Of a stretch of 38,317 nucleotides of DNA, positions 26,847 to 36,869 are shown piece by piece. Numbering within the stretch: the stretch's first letter is position 1; every line of letters starts with the position of its first letter. Position numbers and translations under genes: made by a program. The DNA comes from a bacterium (GTDB lineage Bacteria; Patescibacteriota; Minisyncoccia; Phycocordibacterales; UBA918): assembly GCA_030430425.1 (NCBI GenBank), contig JAUIFS010000003.1, forward strand, positions 1 to 38,317, given 5' to 3'. The notes below the pieces were generated by a model. It did not search any database. It saw only the letters and a program-made list of their open reading frames with translations, and was not told where the DNA came from.

Positions 26847-27287
26847 CTATAACAACTTCAGGTGTGGTGTTTGTTTTTTTAAATCGTATGCGTGTAGCAA
26901 ATCAGACCAAGGTTCTGACATTTGTTGCGTGTACACTTCTGCATACATATCGACTGTGTCGATGGTGCCTTCAATGTCAGGAAGACCTCCCCATATCATG
27001 TCTCTTTTGGAGTGATACGTATTGAAGTATTGCATGCAATCTTGGAAGTATATTTCACGGTTGCTGCTATGTACATCTTGTACAGCAATGATAGGTCCTG
27101 GCGCCACGATTCTTTTTTCCGGGCGCTGCACCATAAGGTGCCAGAATTTGAGATACTCAAGTACGAGTGTCTCAATTTTTTCAACAAGCTTTCTAGAGCT
27201 TTTGTGTGAAGGGTATGTTGCAAGAACTTCTTGTGTGAGCCATGCATGATTAATTGCATGGTTGTGATACCAGAGAACATCTGTCAT
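26847..27287 (-). CDS. Hypothetical protein (weak resemblance to glycine-rich-domain/DUF1399-like family)
   Basis: EYLKF...P...H...Y..DC..YF pattern; AAGGAGG SD. Confidence 0.5.
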   Translation of the reverse strand: MTDVLWYHNHAINHAWLTQEVLATYPSHKSSRKLVEKIETLVLEYLKFWHLMVQRPEKRIVAPGPIIAVQDVHSSNREIYFQDCMQYFNTYHSKRDMIWGGLPDIEGTIDTVDMYAEVYTQQMSEPWSDLLHAYDLKKQTPHLKLL

Positions 27288-27367
27288 TTTTAATCCTCCT
27301 TAACTCTTTTGTGAATATATCGTAGAAGGTGCAATGAGACAAGTTGTATTTGTTGTATAGTGAGCAG

Positions 27368-27706
27368 ATGGCAGTTTCTGAAGAATATCTAGCATACATA
27401 CAGGAAATGCTGGAGGGTGTTGGTCTCCTTGAGTGCACGCGTTTGTTTGGCGGAGTGCTTTTTAAAGTAGATGGGGTGCAACTGGGAGTTATCCTGGATG
27501 AGGAGTTATATTTTACAGTTACTGATACGGCGCTACAGAAATGTTTTGCAGAGGAGGATTCTGTGCAGTTTACGTATGACCGTAAAGATAGATCACAGCC
27601 CGTGATTATTAAAAAGTGGTGGAAAGTGCCAGAGCGGTATCTTGATGATACAGTCTTGTTGCAACAGCTGGCACAGAAGGTGCTTGCACAAGAAAACACC
27701 GCATGA
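27368..27706 (+). CDS. TfoX/Sxy N-terminal domain protein
   Basis: RLFGG...DG...GVI....LYF; WWKVP...LDD. Confidence 0.8.
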   Translation: MAVSEEYLAYIQEMLEGVGLLECTRLFGGVLFKVDGVQLGVILDEELYFTVTDTALQKCFAEEDSVQFTYDRKDRSQPVIIKKWWKVPERYLDDTVLLQQLAQKVLAQENTA

Positions 27707-27721
27707 TCCATGCGGTGTTTT

Positions 27722-28753
27722 TTATTGACCTCGTCCGTAGATATTCTTTAGTTTTTCTACATGTCCTTCGTAGTCAGATGAACAATAGAGGTCTCCATGG
27801 TCATCGTGGAAATAAAAAAGACAGTCTGAGTCTTGCGGGTTAAGTGCAGCAAGCACTGCTGCAGCAGAAGGGTTTGCAATCGGTGTAGGAGGAAGCCCTT
27901 TGTGTTGGTAGGTGTTGTAGGGTGAGTCAATGTATTTATCATCAGGAACAACCGGTGGCCACCAGCGTGTTGCATAGGGTTCTGATCCTCGTGCGTATTG
28001 CAGTGTTGCATCAAGTTGGAGTTTCATGTCGTTAAAAAGTCTGTTCCAAACTACTCCCGAAATAATACGCATATCTGCAAATGTGTACGCTTCGCGCTGC
28101 AATAGAGACGCAACGATAAGTGCTTGGGCTGCGGGAACTTTGCTTGCCACTTCTGCATTGTATCGCCGCATGATATTTTCGGTAAAGCGATCGGTAACTA
28201 GTTTTGCAACTGTTTCGGGGGATGCTTTCTTTTCTACAATATATTTTCCAGGAGCAAAGACGCCTTCAGGAAACTCTGGATATGCAATAGAAACACTCAG
28301 CGCAAACACCGCGCGCTGGGTATCATCCCATCCCATGATGTCTCCAAAAGCATCCACCACTTCTTCTTGCCGTTGTCCTGCGTATATCATCAGAACGCGA
28401 CTGTGTGGTGAGGCGAGGTTTTGGTACCATGCCAGTGCAAGAAGTTCTTTTTGAATACGTTGCAGGAAGCTTGTTTTTATTGAGGCTTCCTCTTGCGCAA
28501 AGTGTGTTGAAAGATACGTAGCAACTCCATGTTGTTCAGTGATCGTTTTGTTTTGCGGATTAACCCCAACAGGAAAGGGAAGAATTTCTTCGCTGACTTC
28601 TGTTTGAGAGGTTTTGGTAAACATGAGTTCTTTTGATTGCAATACAAACACAAACCCCGCACTGACGATGATGAGTAGCAGCAACACTGCCCCCGCAACT
28701 ACTCGTGAATAGAAAAGAAGATTTGTTGCAAAACTATACTGCACTTTTTTCAT
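27722..28753 (-). CDS. mltG: Endolytic transglycosylase MltG (YceG family)
   Basis: ASLLQREA, NRL..M.LQ.DAT, SPYNTY...GLPPTPIANP. Confidence 0.9.
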   Translation of the reverse strand: MKKVQYSFATNLLFYSRVVAGAVLLLLIIVSAGFVFVLQSKELMFTKTSQTEVSEEILPFPVGVNPQNKTITEQHGVATYLSTHFAQEEASIKTSFLQRIQKELLALAWYQNLASPHSRVLMIYAGQRQEEVVDAFGDIMGWDDTQRAVFALSVSIAYPEFPEGVFAPGKYIVEKKASPETVAKLVTDRFTENIMRRYNAEVASKVPAAQALIVASLLQREAYTFADMRIISGVVWNRLFNDMKLQLDATLQYARGSEPYATRWWPPVVPDDKYIDSPYNTYQHKGLPPTPIANPSAAAVLAALNPQDSDCLFYFHDDHGDLYCSSDYEGHVEKLKNIYGRGQ

Positions 28754-28804
28754 ACTTGTATTATTGCATAGAAAACAGCAGCCGACTCCGGCTGCTGCTT
28801 GTTT

Positions 28805-29326
28805 TTATGTTGGAATTTCACCAGTTTCGTAACGCTCGGAAAATCTCGTGGCACGAATTTTGTTGTCGCTTCTTCCAGAAGGGTCTTTAAACACTGGAAT
28901 GCGTACTTCACCCGTCTCATTCACTTCAAAAACATTGATATGCAGATGGTCAACAGTTCCAGCATTTTTGTTCATAGGGCCTTCACGAACATGCGAGAGA
29001 CCCCCGGTGTATCCAAGTTCGTTGCGAACAAATTGTTTTGCATGATGAATGTCTAAAGCTTCCGCCTCGCTGAGGTCGGCTTCAAACCGTACGTGTCGAA
29101 CGGGCACAATAAGCGCGTGCAGCTTAAGAGTATCTCTCAGATATTCCTCTGGTACTTTCCAAACCATCACATGTTCAGTTTCAAAAATAACTTTGTTAAA
29201 TGTCCGATCGAGATTGCAGAAAGCGCAATGGTCCTCTTCAAAACCTTTTCGCATTTTGTAGTACTGCTTGTATGAACGGCATCCTTCTAGGCAAAAAAGG
29301 TGTTCTTCAGAAAGTGTACAGGTCAT
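28805..29326 (-). CDS. HIT-superfamily protein (HxHxN)
   Basis: CAFC, HALIVPVRH, AGTVDHLHIN. Confidence 0.75.
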   Translation of the reverse strand: MTCTLSEEHLFCLEGCRSYKQYYKMRKGFEEDHCAFCNLDRTFNKVIFETEHVMVWKVPEEYLRDTLKLHALIVPVRHVRFEADLSEAEALDIHHAKQFVRNELGYTGGLSHVREGPMNKNAGTVDHLHINVFEVNETGEVRIPVFKDPSGRSDNKIRATRFSERYETGEIPT

Positions 29327-29415
29327 TTGGACCTCCTTTGTTGATTTCTTCCACCATACTGCAGTATTGCGTACACAAAAGCAAGAAAAAAGCCTGCGAG
29401 AATCGCAGGCTTTTT

Positions 29416-29877
29416 CTATTTCTTTTTGTATCCGAGTTTTACTTTCAAACCTTCTGTTTCTTCGGACTTCTGCTCTCCAACAACAAGCTGTGCATGGAGA
29501 TGTTCGACGCTGCTACCATTGTACCCACCTTCACCAAAGCGCATGAAGAATCCGCCACCAGGTATATTATGCTCAGTCACTATTTCTGAAACGAGTGAAA
29601 AGAGTTCAGCACTAGCCTCTGGAGTTACGTCGCTGGGATTGTTGGTGTGTATTGGCTTGTACACAAACAAGAAGTGTTGCGTTGTCCCTTCGTACGGACT
29701 CATGTTTGTGGTTACAAACCAGTTGTTAGTTTCTTTGAGAATTGGTTTTGGGTGGTACTTCGCAAAGTGTTCAGCACAAAAGGGACAGACGCCGTCTGCT
29801 TCGATCTGCGCCATGAGCTTTTTTTGCTCGTCAGTCCGCGCTTCGTTGTGATCAAGTCCTGCTTTTGAAAACGACAT
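29416..29877 (-). CDS. HIT-superfamily protein (HxHxQ)
   Basis: CPFC, N..PY....H.L, SVEHLHAQ; begins 1 nt after thyA stop. Confidence 0.8.
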   Translation of the reverse strand: MSFSKAGLDHNEARTDEQKKLMAQIEADGVCPFCAEHFAKYHPKPILKETNNWFVTTNMSPYEGTTQHFLFVYKPIHTNNPSDVTPEASAELFSLVSEIVTEHNIPGGGFFMRFGEGGYNGSSVEHLHAQLVVGEQKSEETEGLKVKLGYKKK

Positions 29878-29878
29878 A

Positions 29879-30796
29879 CTAGATTGCTACGGGGATGTCT
29901 TTAATCGGCGCACCTCGTTCGTAATCGTCACCAAGCTCGAAGTCTTCTACACGGTAGCTCCAGAAGTCGGTACTGTCATTATTGAAGTGCATGGTAGGGA
30001 ATGGGAGTGTGTCTCGCTCAATGATTTCCTTAACTGCGTCGATCTGATCTACATATATATGTGCGTCGGAGATAGTGTGGACATACTCACCTGGTTCGTA
30101 GCCTGTTGCTTTACTGAGCATCATCAGGAGTGCTGCGTACTGCATCATGTTTGACGGAACACCAATAGGAACGTCACCCGAACGTTGGTACATGTGCATA
30201 TGCAGTTTGTTGTTCAGTACTCGTAAGTGTAACCATCCGTGACACGGACATACCACCACTTTTTGTTGCTTGCCCTCGCCGCGAATAGTGTATTGTGGGA
30301 CCCATGGAGAGATGAAGTGGGTCTTCAGGTGTGGCTTAAATGCGATTTGTTCGATGATGTTTTGGAATTGGTTGAATGAGTCACCTTCTGCAGTGGGGAA
30401 GTCATGGAATGCCGCACCATACGAACCAGGTCCAAGGTCACCAGGCTCGAGTCCTCGTTTCGCACATTTCTCAGGAGTGATGAAGTTTGTCCAAAACTTA
30501 CACCCGTATGACTCGAGCTCTTCGAGCGTGCGTGCACCATTGGCAAAGCCGATGATTTCTCCAACAGCCTGCTTCCAGAAGCCTTTCACACTACGCTCCG
30601 TAATCATTGGGAAACCGTTACTGAGGTCAAAGCGCATCGGTGTTGCGCCTAAGAGTGTTATGCAGTCGGTGCCTTCAGGGTTTTCTTTGGTTGTCCCAGC
30701 TTGTGACTGAGAGCGAATGCCTTTTTCGAGGATCTCTTTGAGGAGATTTTTGTATTGTTCGTTTGGAGTGCGTTCTTCGTATGGTTTGTAGTGCAT
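29879..30796 (-). CDS. thyA: Thymidylate synthase ThyA, divergent
   Basis: RFDLSNGFP, LGP.YG, PCH, YQRSGD..GVP.N, DAHIY. Confidence 0.88.
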   Translation of the reverse strand: MHYKPYEERTPNEQYKNLLKEILEKGIRSQSQAGTTKENPEGTDCITLLGATPMRFDLSNGFPMITERSVKGFWKQAVGEIIGFANGARTLEELESYGCKFWTNFITPEKCAKRGLEPGDLGPGSYGAAFHDFPTAEGDSFNQFQNIIEQIAFKPHLKTHFISPWVPQYTIRGEGKQQKVVVCPCHGWLHLRVLNNKLHMHMYQRSGDVPIGVPSNMMQYAALLMMLSKATGYEPGEYVHTISDAHIYVDQIDAVKEIIERDTLPFPTMHFNNDSTDFWSYRVEDFELGDDYERGAPIKDIPVAI

Positions 30797-30987
30797 AGGT
30801 CAATTGCTTAGATAAGTAATGTGTATCAATAATACAACATCATATATATGACAGACAGAGGAGAATACAACTATGCAATAAAAAGTATACCTGTGCTCTG
30901 TACGATATGCAGAATATGTTTTCTAAATAAACTGACGTGTCCTCAGAGTGCTACACTAGTACTACTTAGAAGATAGCTAGAGTTGGT

Positions 30988-31329
30988 ATGGATTTTCAAG
31001 AATATCAAGAGAAGTCACGCGTGACCGCAAAATACCCCGACGTGGGAGATACATTTACGTACCCAACACTCGGGCTTGTGGGCGAGGCTGGTGAAGTGGC
31101 AGATAAGTTTAAGAAACATATGCGGGACAATGGTATTGCGCGACCTAGCCAGCTTTCTGAAGAGCAAAAACAAGAACTCGTAAAAGAGTTTGGGGACGTG
31201 TTGTGGTATATAGCACAGCTGTGTTCAGAATGCAGTCTGTCGCTCGCAGATGTTGCGCAGATGAACATCGATAAACTGTATTCACGTATGGATCGTGGGG
31301 TGCTTGGTGGTAGTGGAGATAATCGATAG
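30988..31329 (+). CDS. MazG-like nucleoside triphosphate pyrophosphohydrolase
   Basis: LGLVGEAGEVADK, KEFGDVLWY, N..KL.SR..RG...GSGD.R. Confidence 0.9.
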   Translation: MDFQEYQEKSRVTAKYPDVGDTFTYPTLGLVGEAGEVADKFKKHMRDNGIARPSQLSEEQKQELVKEFGDVLWYIAQLCSECSLSLADVAQMNIDKLYSRMDRGVLGGSGDNR

Positions 31330-31333
31330 TAGT

Positions 31334-32008
31334 ATGGAACAGCAATCAAAAATAATTGTCATTGAGGGAGGAGATAGTGTGGGGAAGGCAACACAGGTTG
31401 AGTTGCTCATGAAGCGATTGCAAGCAGAAGGTATTCCCGTTGCAACCATGGATTTCCCACGCTACACACAAAATGCATTCGGTGCACTGCTTCGAGAATG
31501 TCTCGATGGAAAACATGGTGACTTCATGCAGCTTGACCCAAAAATTGCTGCGACACTCTACGCTGCAGATCGATTTGAATCAAGAAAAGAACTAGAATCA
31601 CTCTTGGCTGAGGGTAAAATAGTGATCCTTGACCGCTATGTCAGTGCAAACCTGATGCATCAAGGTGCAAAAATAGCAGACTTGCAAGAACGCGAAGCTT
31701 TTGTAGGTTGGCTCGACCATATTGAACATGGCGTGTTTGGCTGCCCACGACCTGACTTGACGGTGTACCTCGATGTGCCACCTGAAAAGAGCAAGGTGTT
31801 ACTCGACTACATGGTCAGCACGGGCAAAAAAACTGCTGATGTAGCTGAGCAAAACCGAGAGCATCAAGAACATGCAGCAACGTGTGCACAGTATCTTGCA
31901 AATACACAAGATGGTTGGGAGTCCGTGATGTGCATGGAGGGTGATGCACTACGCACCCGAGAAGATATCCACGAAGAGATATATACTATAGTACTGAAGT
32001 ATTTATAA
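31334..32008 (+). CDS. tmk: Thymidylate kinase
   Basis: IVIEGGDSVGKATQ, LYAADR, ILDRY, PDL..YLDV. Confidence 0.92.
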   Translation: MEQQSKIIVIEGGDSVGKATQVELLMKRLQAEGIPVATMDFPRYTQNAFGALLRECLDGKHGDFMQLDPKIAATLYAADRFESRKELESLLAEGKIVILDRYVSANLMHQGAKIADLQEREAFVGWLDHIEHGVFGCPRPDLTVYLDVPPEKSKVLLDYMVSTGKKTADVAEQNREHQEHAATCAQYLANTQDGWESVMCMEGDALRTREDIHEEIYTIVLKYL

Positions 32009-32098
32009 ACGTATGTTGTATCCATCTGACCACATGAAACGATTTATTGAAGAAGCACGTGGTTGCGGACTGATTTTATAATTGATAACGATATACCT

Positions 32099-33367
32099 AT
32101 GAACGAATATAACTATATAAAGAAACAAGATGCAGAAATCTACGAAGCAATTATGGGCGAAGAGGCACGTGAGGCCTCAGGACTGGAACTTATTCCAAGT
32201 GAGAATTATGTGTCGCGAGCCGTTCGCGAAGCGAACGGCTCTGTGCTGACCAACAAATACTCAGAAGGGTACCCCGGGCGCCGGTATTATGGAGGACAGG
32301 ACTACACTGATGCAGTAGAACAACTTGCTATTGATCGAGCCTGTGAGCTGTTTGGGTGTACGTATGCAAACGTGCAGCCGCTTTCGGGTGCACCTGCAAA
32401 CGTGGCGATGTACTTTGCGCTTATGGAACCGGGCGACACCGTACTTGGTATGGATCTCTCGCACGGGGGACATCTCACCCATGGACATCCAACCACAAGT
32501 ATCAACAAAGTATTCAACTTCGTGCGGTACAAAATGAAGGATGTCGATACTGGTGAAATTGACTACGACGAACTTCGGGAGGTTGCACTAGAGCACAAGC
32601 CAAAAATTATCCTTGCGGGGTTTTCAGCATATTCGCGAGAGCTCGACTATCAGAAGTTTGTCGACATAGCACGAGAGGTGGGCGCGTACGCAGTTGCAGA
32701 TATGGCGCATATTGCTGGGTTGATTGCAGGCGGCGTTGTACAAAATCCGTTCGACTACGGGTTTGATGTAATCACCTCAACTACACACAAAACCATGCGT
32801 GGTCCACGTGGTGGAATGATTCTTATTCGTGAAGACAAAGAGATTGCACAGAAGATCAACAAAGCGGTATTCCCAGGACTACAGGGTGGTCCACATATGA
32901 ACCTGATTGCTGGGAAGGCGGTTGCATTTGGCGAAGCGTTACGTCCTGAGTTTAAAGAATACTGTCAGCAAGTATTGAAGAATGCAAAAGCAATGGAAAA
33001 GGTGTTTCTTGAAAAAGAGGTGCGATTGCTTGGTGGCGGAACGGATAACCATTTATTGCTTGCAGACGTCTATGGCTCACTTGGGGTAACCGGGCAAGAG
33101 GCAGAAACAGTACTCGATGAAATCGGTATTACACTCAACAAAAACATGATTGCCGATGAGTCACGCACCGCCATGGATCCTTCGGGTATTCGGTTTGGTA
33201 CGCCAGCAATGACCACGCGCGGTATGAAAGAAACTGAGGCAACACGACTTGCAGAGATTATGATTGAGGTATTGAAAGACAAAGATAATCAACAACTGAA
33301 AGATGCGCTCAAGGCTGAAGTTGAAGCGTTGTGCACATCGTTTCCGGTACCTGAGTCTTTTGTGTAG
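32099..33367 (+). CDS. glyA: Serine hydroxymethyltransferase
   Basis: LIPSENY, NKYSEGYPG.RYYGG, GGHLTHG, DMAH, TTHKT.RGPRGG. Confidence 0.97.
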   Translation: MNEYNYIKKQDAEIYEAIMGEEAREASGLELIPSENYVSRAVREANGSVLTNKYSEGYPGRRYYGGQDYTDAVEQLAIDRACELFGCTYANVQPLSGAPANVAMYFALMEPGDTVLGMDLSHGGHLTHGHPTTSINKVFNFVRYKMKDVDTGEIDYDELREVALEHKPKIILAGFSAYSRELDYQKFVDIAREVGAYAVADMAHIAGLIAGGVVQNPFDYGFDVITSTTHKTMRGPRGGMILIREDKEIAQKINKAVFPGLQGGPHMNLIAGKAVAFGEALRPEFKEYCQQVLKNAKAMEKVFLEKEVRLLGGGTDNHLLLADVYGSLGVTGQEAETVLDEIGITLNKNMIADESRTAMDPSGIRFGTPAMTTRGMKETEATRLAEIMIEVLKDKDNQQLKDALKAEVEALCTSFPVPESFV

Positions 33368-33558
33368 AGCTGAAGAAAACTTTTAAAAAGCACAAGCGCA
33401 TGCGCTTGTGCTTTTTAATAAACTGCGTATAGTAGAAGTGATTCAGTAGACATTTCCCTTTGTCCCCAATCCGTGTCTGCTGAACGACAGCCCTGTGCGT
33501 ATCGCACAGGGCTTTTTCTTTTGTACATTCTTCGATGCCTCTTGTACAATACCTACAC

Positions 33559-34674
33559 ATGGAAGCAGAGCAAACACCGCAAGAAAAGACTTCGCGTGTA
33601 CCACGAAAGTCCCTCTCAAAAGTAAAGCGTCACTGGATGACGCTCTCGTTTGTGTTCGGGTTTATTATCGACAACATTACGCTTAATCGCGTGGATCAGC
33701 TGTTTGATAACTTTATTCTTGCATCATATGTACTGCTTGCAATGATTGCGCTGTTGCTCCTCTATGCTTCAGCGTCACATAAGATTCAGGGCAGAAAAGG
33801 TGAGCTTGCACGGAAATATGCTCCGTTGTTAGTGCAGTTTGCGTTTGGTGGGCTCCTCTCAGGAATGCTCATCTTTTACGGACGCTCTGGTGCATGGGCG
33901 CAGACGTGGCCATTTATGACGGTGATCCTCCTTGCTATTTATGGAAACGAAACCATTAAAGACCGCGCTTCACGTCTGATCTACAACCTTGCCATTTTGT
34001 TTATTGGTCTCTTTTCGTACACCGTTCTTGTGATCCCAGTGTTTACCGGTTGGATGGGACCATGGGTGTTTGTCGGGAGTGGATTGTTGGCGCTGTTTGT
34101 GATGTATCAGTTTGTGCAGCTGTTGCTGCGTATTGTGCCAAACTTTATGGCGATGCAAATGCGTTCCATTGTGTTTACGCTCGGAACAATTTTCTGCACA
34201 TTCAATTTTCTCTACTTTGCAAATATCATCCCGCCGATACCGCTTTCTTTGAAAGACGTTGGTATTTATCACAGTGTCGTGCGCATTGGCGACAGTATCT
34301 ATGAACTAAAGTACGAAGCGGGTCGCTGGTTTGAACCGTTTAAAAACTCAGACGATACCTATCATGCACAAGCAAATGATCAGATATTCTGTTTTGCGCA
34401 GGTATTTGCACCAACAAAGCTCGCAACGGACATTGTGCATGTATGGGAGTTTAAAAACCCCGACACCGGCGAGTGGGAAGAACATGCAAGTCTTCCGTAT
34501 AGTATTTCAGGTGGTCGTAGTGACGGGTTCCGCGGGTACACACTTATAAAAAACTATACAGACGGAAAGTGGCGCTGTTCGGTAGAAACTACGAGGGGAC
34601 AGGTGCTTGGTCGCGAGACGTTTGTTATCGACAGTACACAGGCGCCACGAGAACTTGTCACACAAGAGCGCTAA
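33559..34674 (+). CDS. DUF2914 domain membrane protein
   Basis: Multi-TM N-terminus, IPPIPLSL, GGR..GFRGYT, G.WRC.VET..GQV.GR. Confidence 0.8.
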   Translation: MEAEQTPQEKTSRVPRKSLSKVKRHWMTLSFVFGFIIDNITLNRVDQLFDNFILASYVLLAMIALLLLYASASHKIQGRKGELARKYAPLLVQFAFGGLLSGMLIFYGRSGAWAQTWPFMTVILLAIYGNETIKDRASRLIYNLAILFIGLFSYTVLVIPVFTGWMGPWVFVGSGLLALFVMYQFVQLLLRIVPNFMAMQMRSIVFTLGTIFCTFNFLYFANIIPPIPLSLKDVGIYHSVVRIGDSIYELKYEAGRWFEPFKNSDDTYHAQANDQIFCFAQVFAPTKLATDIVHVWEFKNPDTGEWEEHASLPYSISGGRSDGFRGYTLIKNYTDGKWRCSVETTRGQVLGRETFVIDSTQAPRELVTQER

Positions 34675-34699
34675 GGCTATAGTAGCCACACACATATAT

Positions 34700-36373
34700 A
34701 TGAAGGAACAGATACAGCAGAAGATACAAACAGTGCTTGATGAACTTGGCGTTACCGACGTCCCTTTTACCGTGGAGCATCCAGCCGATCTTTCGCATGG
34801 CGACTACGCAAGTAATGTTGCACTTGTTGCATCGAAGCAGCTTGGGAAAAATCCGCGCGAACTCGCGGAGGAAATTGTGTCTAAACTCGACGAGTTTGAA
34901 ACAACTATTGCAGGTCCTGGGTTTATTAACGTCCACGCACCACGGAGTTTTTTTGTAGACCATGTTGCGCAAAGTATTGCTGCTGGAACAAACTGGGGCA
35001 AGAGTGAATTGTTGGCAGGAAAGAAGTATGTAGTTGAGTACACTGACCCAAACCCATTCAAGGAGTTTCATGTTGGGCACCTTTTTACTAACTCTGTAGG
35101 TGAATCTGTTTCTCGGCTTATAGAGTTTGCAGGTGCTGATACGAAGCGACTGTGCTACCAAGGTGATGTAGGCATGCATGTCGCCCATGCAGTATGGGGG
35201 ATGCAACAAATGGGACTTACCCCTGAAAGTAATTTTACCGCTGGTGACCTTGGAAAAGCCTACGCACTTGGCGCCACGGCATATAAAGAAGATGAGCGTG
35301 CGCAGACAGCTATCAAAGCTTTAAATAAAAAAATATACGAACGTTCAGATGAGGTAGTGAATGCCTTGTATGACAAAGGTCGTGAAGTATCACTGGCGTA
35401 CTTCGAAACTATCTACGCAATTGTTGGTACGCACTTTGATGAGTATTTCTTTGAAAGTGAAGCAGGACCAAAAGGAAAAGAGCTTGTGTTGGGTAATCCA
35501 AAGGTTTTTTCAGATAGTGACGGTGCAAAGGTATTTGAGGGAGAGCAGTATGGGCTGCATACTCGAGTTTTTCTTAACTCGGAAGGTTTGCCGACTTATG
35601 AAGCAAAAGAGCTTGCATTGGCTCAGATGAAAGAAGATCGTCTTGGTGTATATGACCACTCAATTATTTCTACATCAAATGAAATTGTTGCATACTTTAA
35701 GGTACTTAAGAAAGCAATGAGCTTTGTATATCCAGAGTTGGAAAAGAAGACAGAACATATCGGTCACGGTACGGTACGCCTCACAACAGGGAAGATGTCT
35801 TCACGGACAGGGGAGGTGATTGCAGCAATTGATTTCATTGAAGAAATAACAGATACAGCACAAGAGCGCATTGCAAGCGCAACACCCGAGCTTGCGCAGG
35901 ACAGAGCGCTAGCACAGCAAATTGCGCTTGGGGCTATTAAGTATGCGACTCTCAAAGGGAACATGCTACAAGATATGGTATTTGATAAGGAGGCAGCACT
36001 TTCTTTTGAAGGAGCATCAGGTCCGTACTTGCAGTACACGCATGCGCGTATTTGCTCAGTGCTTGCAAAAGCTGCTGATGCGGGAATAGTGCCTAGTACA
36101 GATGCAGCACCAGAAGAAGCATATGCTCTTGAGAAGATACTCTATCGATTTCCTGAAGTGGTAGAAGAAGCGATGCTGCACCGTGCACCGCACAAAGTTG
36201 CACAGTATCTCACAGAGCTTGCAGGTATGTTTAACTCATTCTATGCACAAGAAAAAATTGCCGATCCGTCTGATCCTCACGCACCCTATAAAGCACGTGT
36301 TGCACAGTCAGTTGCGCAGACTTTGAAGAATGGCTTGTGGTTGCTTGGAATAGAGGCACCAGAGCGCATGTAA
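34700..36373 (+). CDS. argS: Arginine--tRNA ligase
   Basis: HGDYASN, AGPGFIN, PNPFK.FHVGH, KMSSR.G, GPYLQY.HAR, PERM C-terminus. Confidence 0.96.
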   Translation: MKEQIQQKIQTVLDELGVTDVPFTVEHPADLSHGDYASNVALVASKQLGKNPRELAEEIVSKLDEFETTIAGPGFINVHAPRSFFVDHVAQSIAAGTNWGKSELLAGKKYVVEYTDPNPFKEFHVGHLFTNSVGESVSRLIEFAGADTKRLCYQGDVGMHVAHAVWGMQQMGLTPESNFTAGDLGKAYALGATAYKEDERAQTAIKALNKKIYERSDEVVNALYDKGREVSLAYFETIYAIVGTHFDEYFFESEAGPKGKELVLGNPKVFSDSDGAKVFEGEQYGLHTRVFLNSEGLPTYEAKELALAQMKEDRLGVYDHSIISTSNEIVAYFKVLKKAMSFVYPELEKKTEHIGHGTVRLTTGKMSSRTGEVIAAIDFIEEITDTAQERIASATPELAQDRALAQQIALGAIKYATLKGNMLQDMVFDKEAALSFEGASGPYLQYTHARICSVLAKAADAGIVPSTDAAPEEAYALEKILYRFPEVVEEAMLHRAPHKVAQYLTELAGMFNSFYAQEKIADPSDPHAPYKARVAQSVAQTLKNGLWLLGIEAPERM

Positions 36374-36395
36374 AGTGAACAAATGCCGCAGGGCA

Positions 36396-36718
36396 TATTG
36401 TGAACTTTCACAGGACAGTTCAGGTGTATTTGAGGTCCTAGCGAAAATACACCGAACTGGTATCGGGAAAAGGAATATAAAAACATCACTATGTTCCAGT
36501 GATGTTTTTTAACTTCTTTCTATCTTCACTCACTCGGAAATGAATAAACTAACGTTATATTCATTTTTCTCGTATCGCTCGATAGTAATCTGAACAAAGG
36601 AGCAAAGCGACTATTGTGAAGGTTCACAGGACAGTTTCGGCAGATTCGAGCCTTCCTAGCGAAAATCTACCAAACTGGTATCGGGAAATGAGCAAAGGAG
36701 TGTAACGACTATTGTGAA
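36396..36718. repeat. Two ~75-bp structured direct repeats plus a partial third
   Basis: 36396-36470 vs 36612-36688 share TATTGTGAA, TTCACAGGACAGTT, CCTAGCGAAAAT, AACTGGTATCGGGAAA. Confidence 0.8.
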
Positions 36719-36869
36719 TTTTGTTCCCGATTTGTTCTGCCTTTGGGCAAATCGCTGGAACTCGAAGTAGAAAATGATCACTCTGACTGATGGTCTTTCT
36801 GGACATTGACTCTATGCATTTGTATGGTATTTTTCAATATAAAGAGATCTTTAGAGAAAGGGTTGTACT

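Noticed and set aside
29879-30796. dCMP hydroxymethylase or phage base-modification enzyme
   Set aside because: Retains the Asn that selects dUMP rather than Asp; no phage genes nearby
36396-36718. CRISPR array
   Set aside because: Only two long diverged units plus a fragment, irregular spacing, and no cas genes
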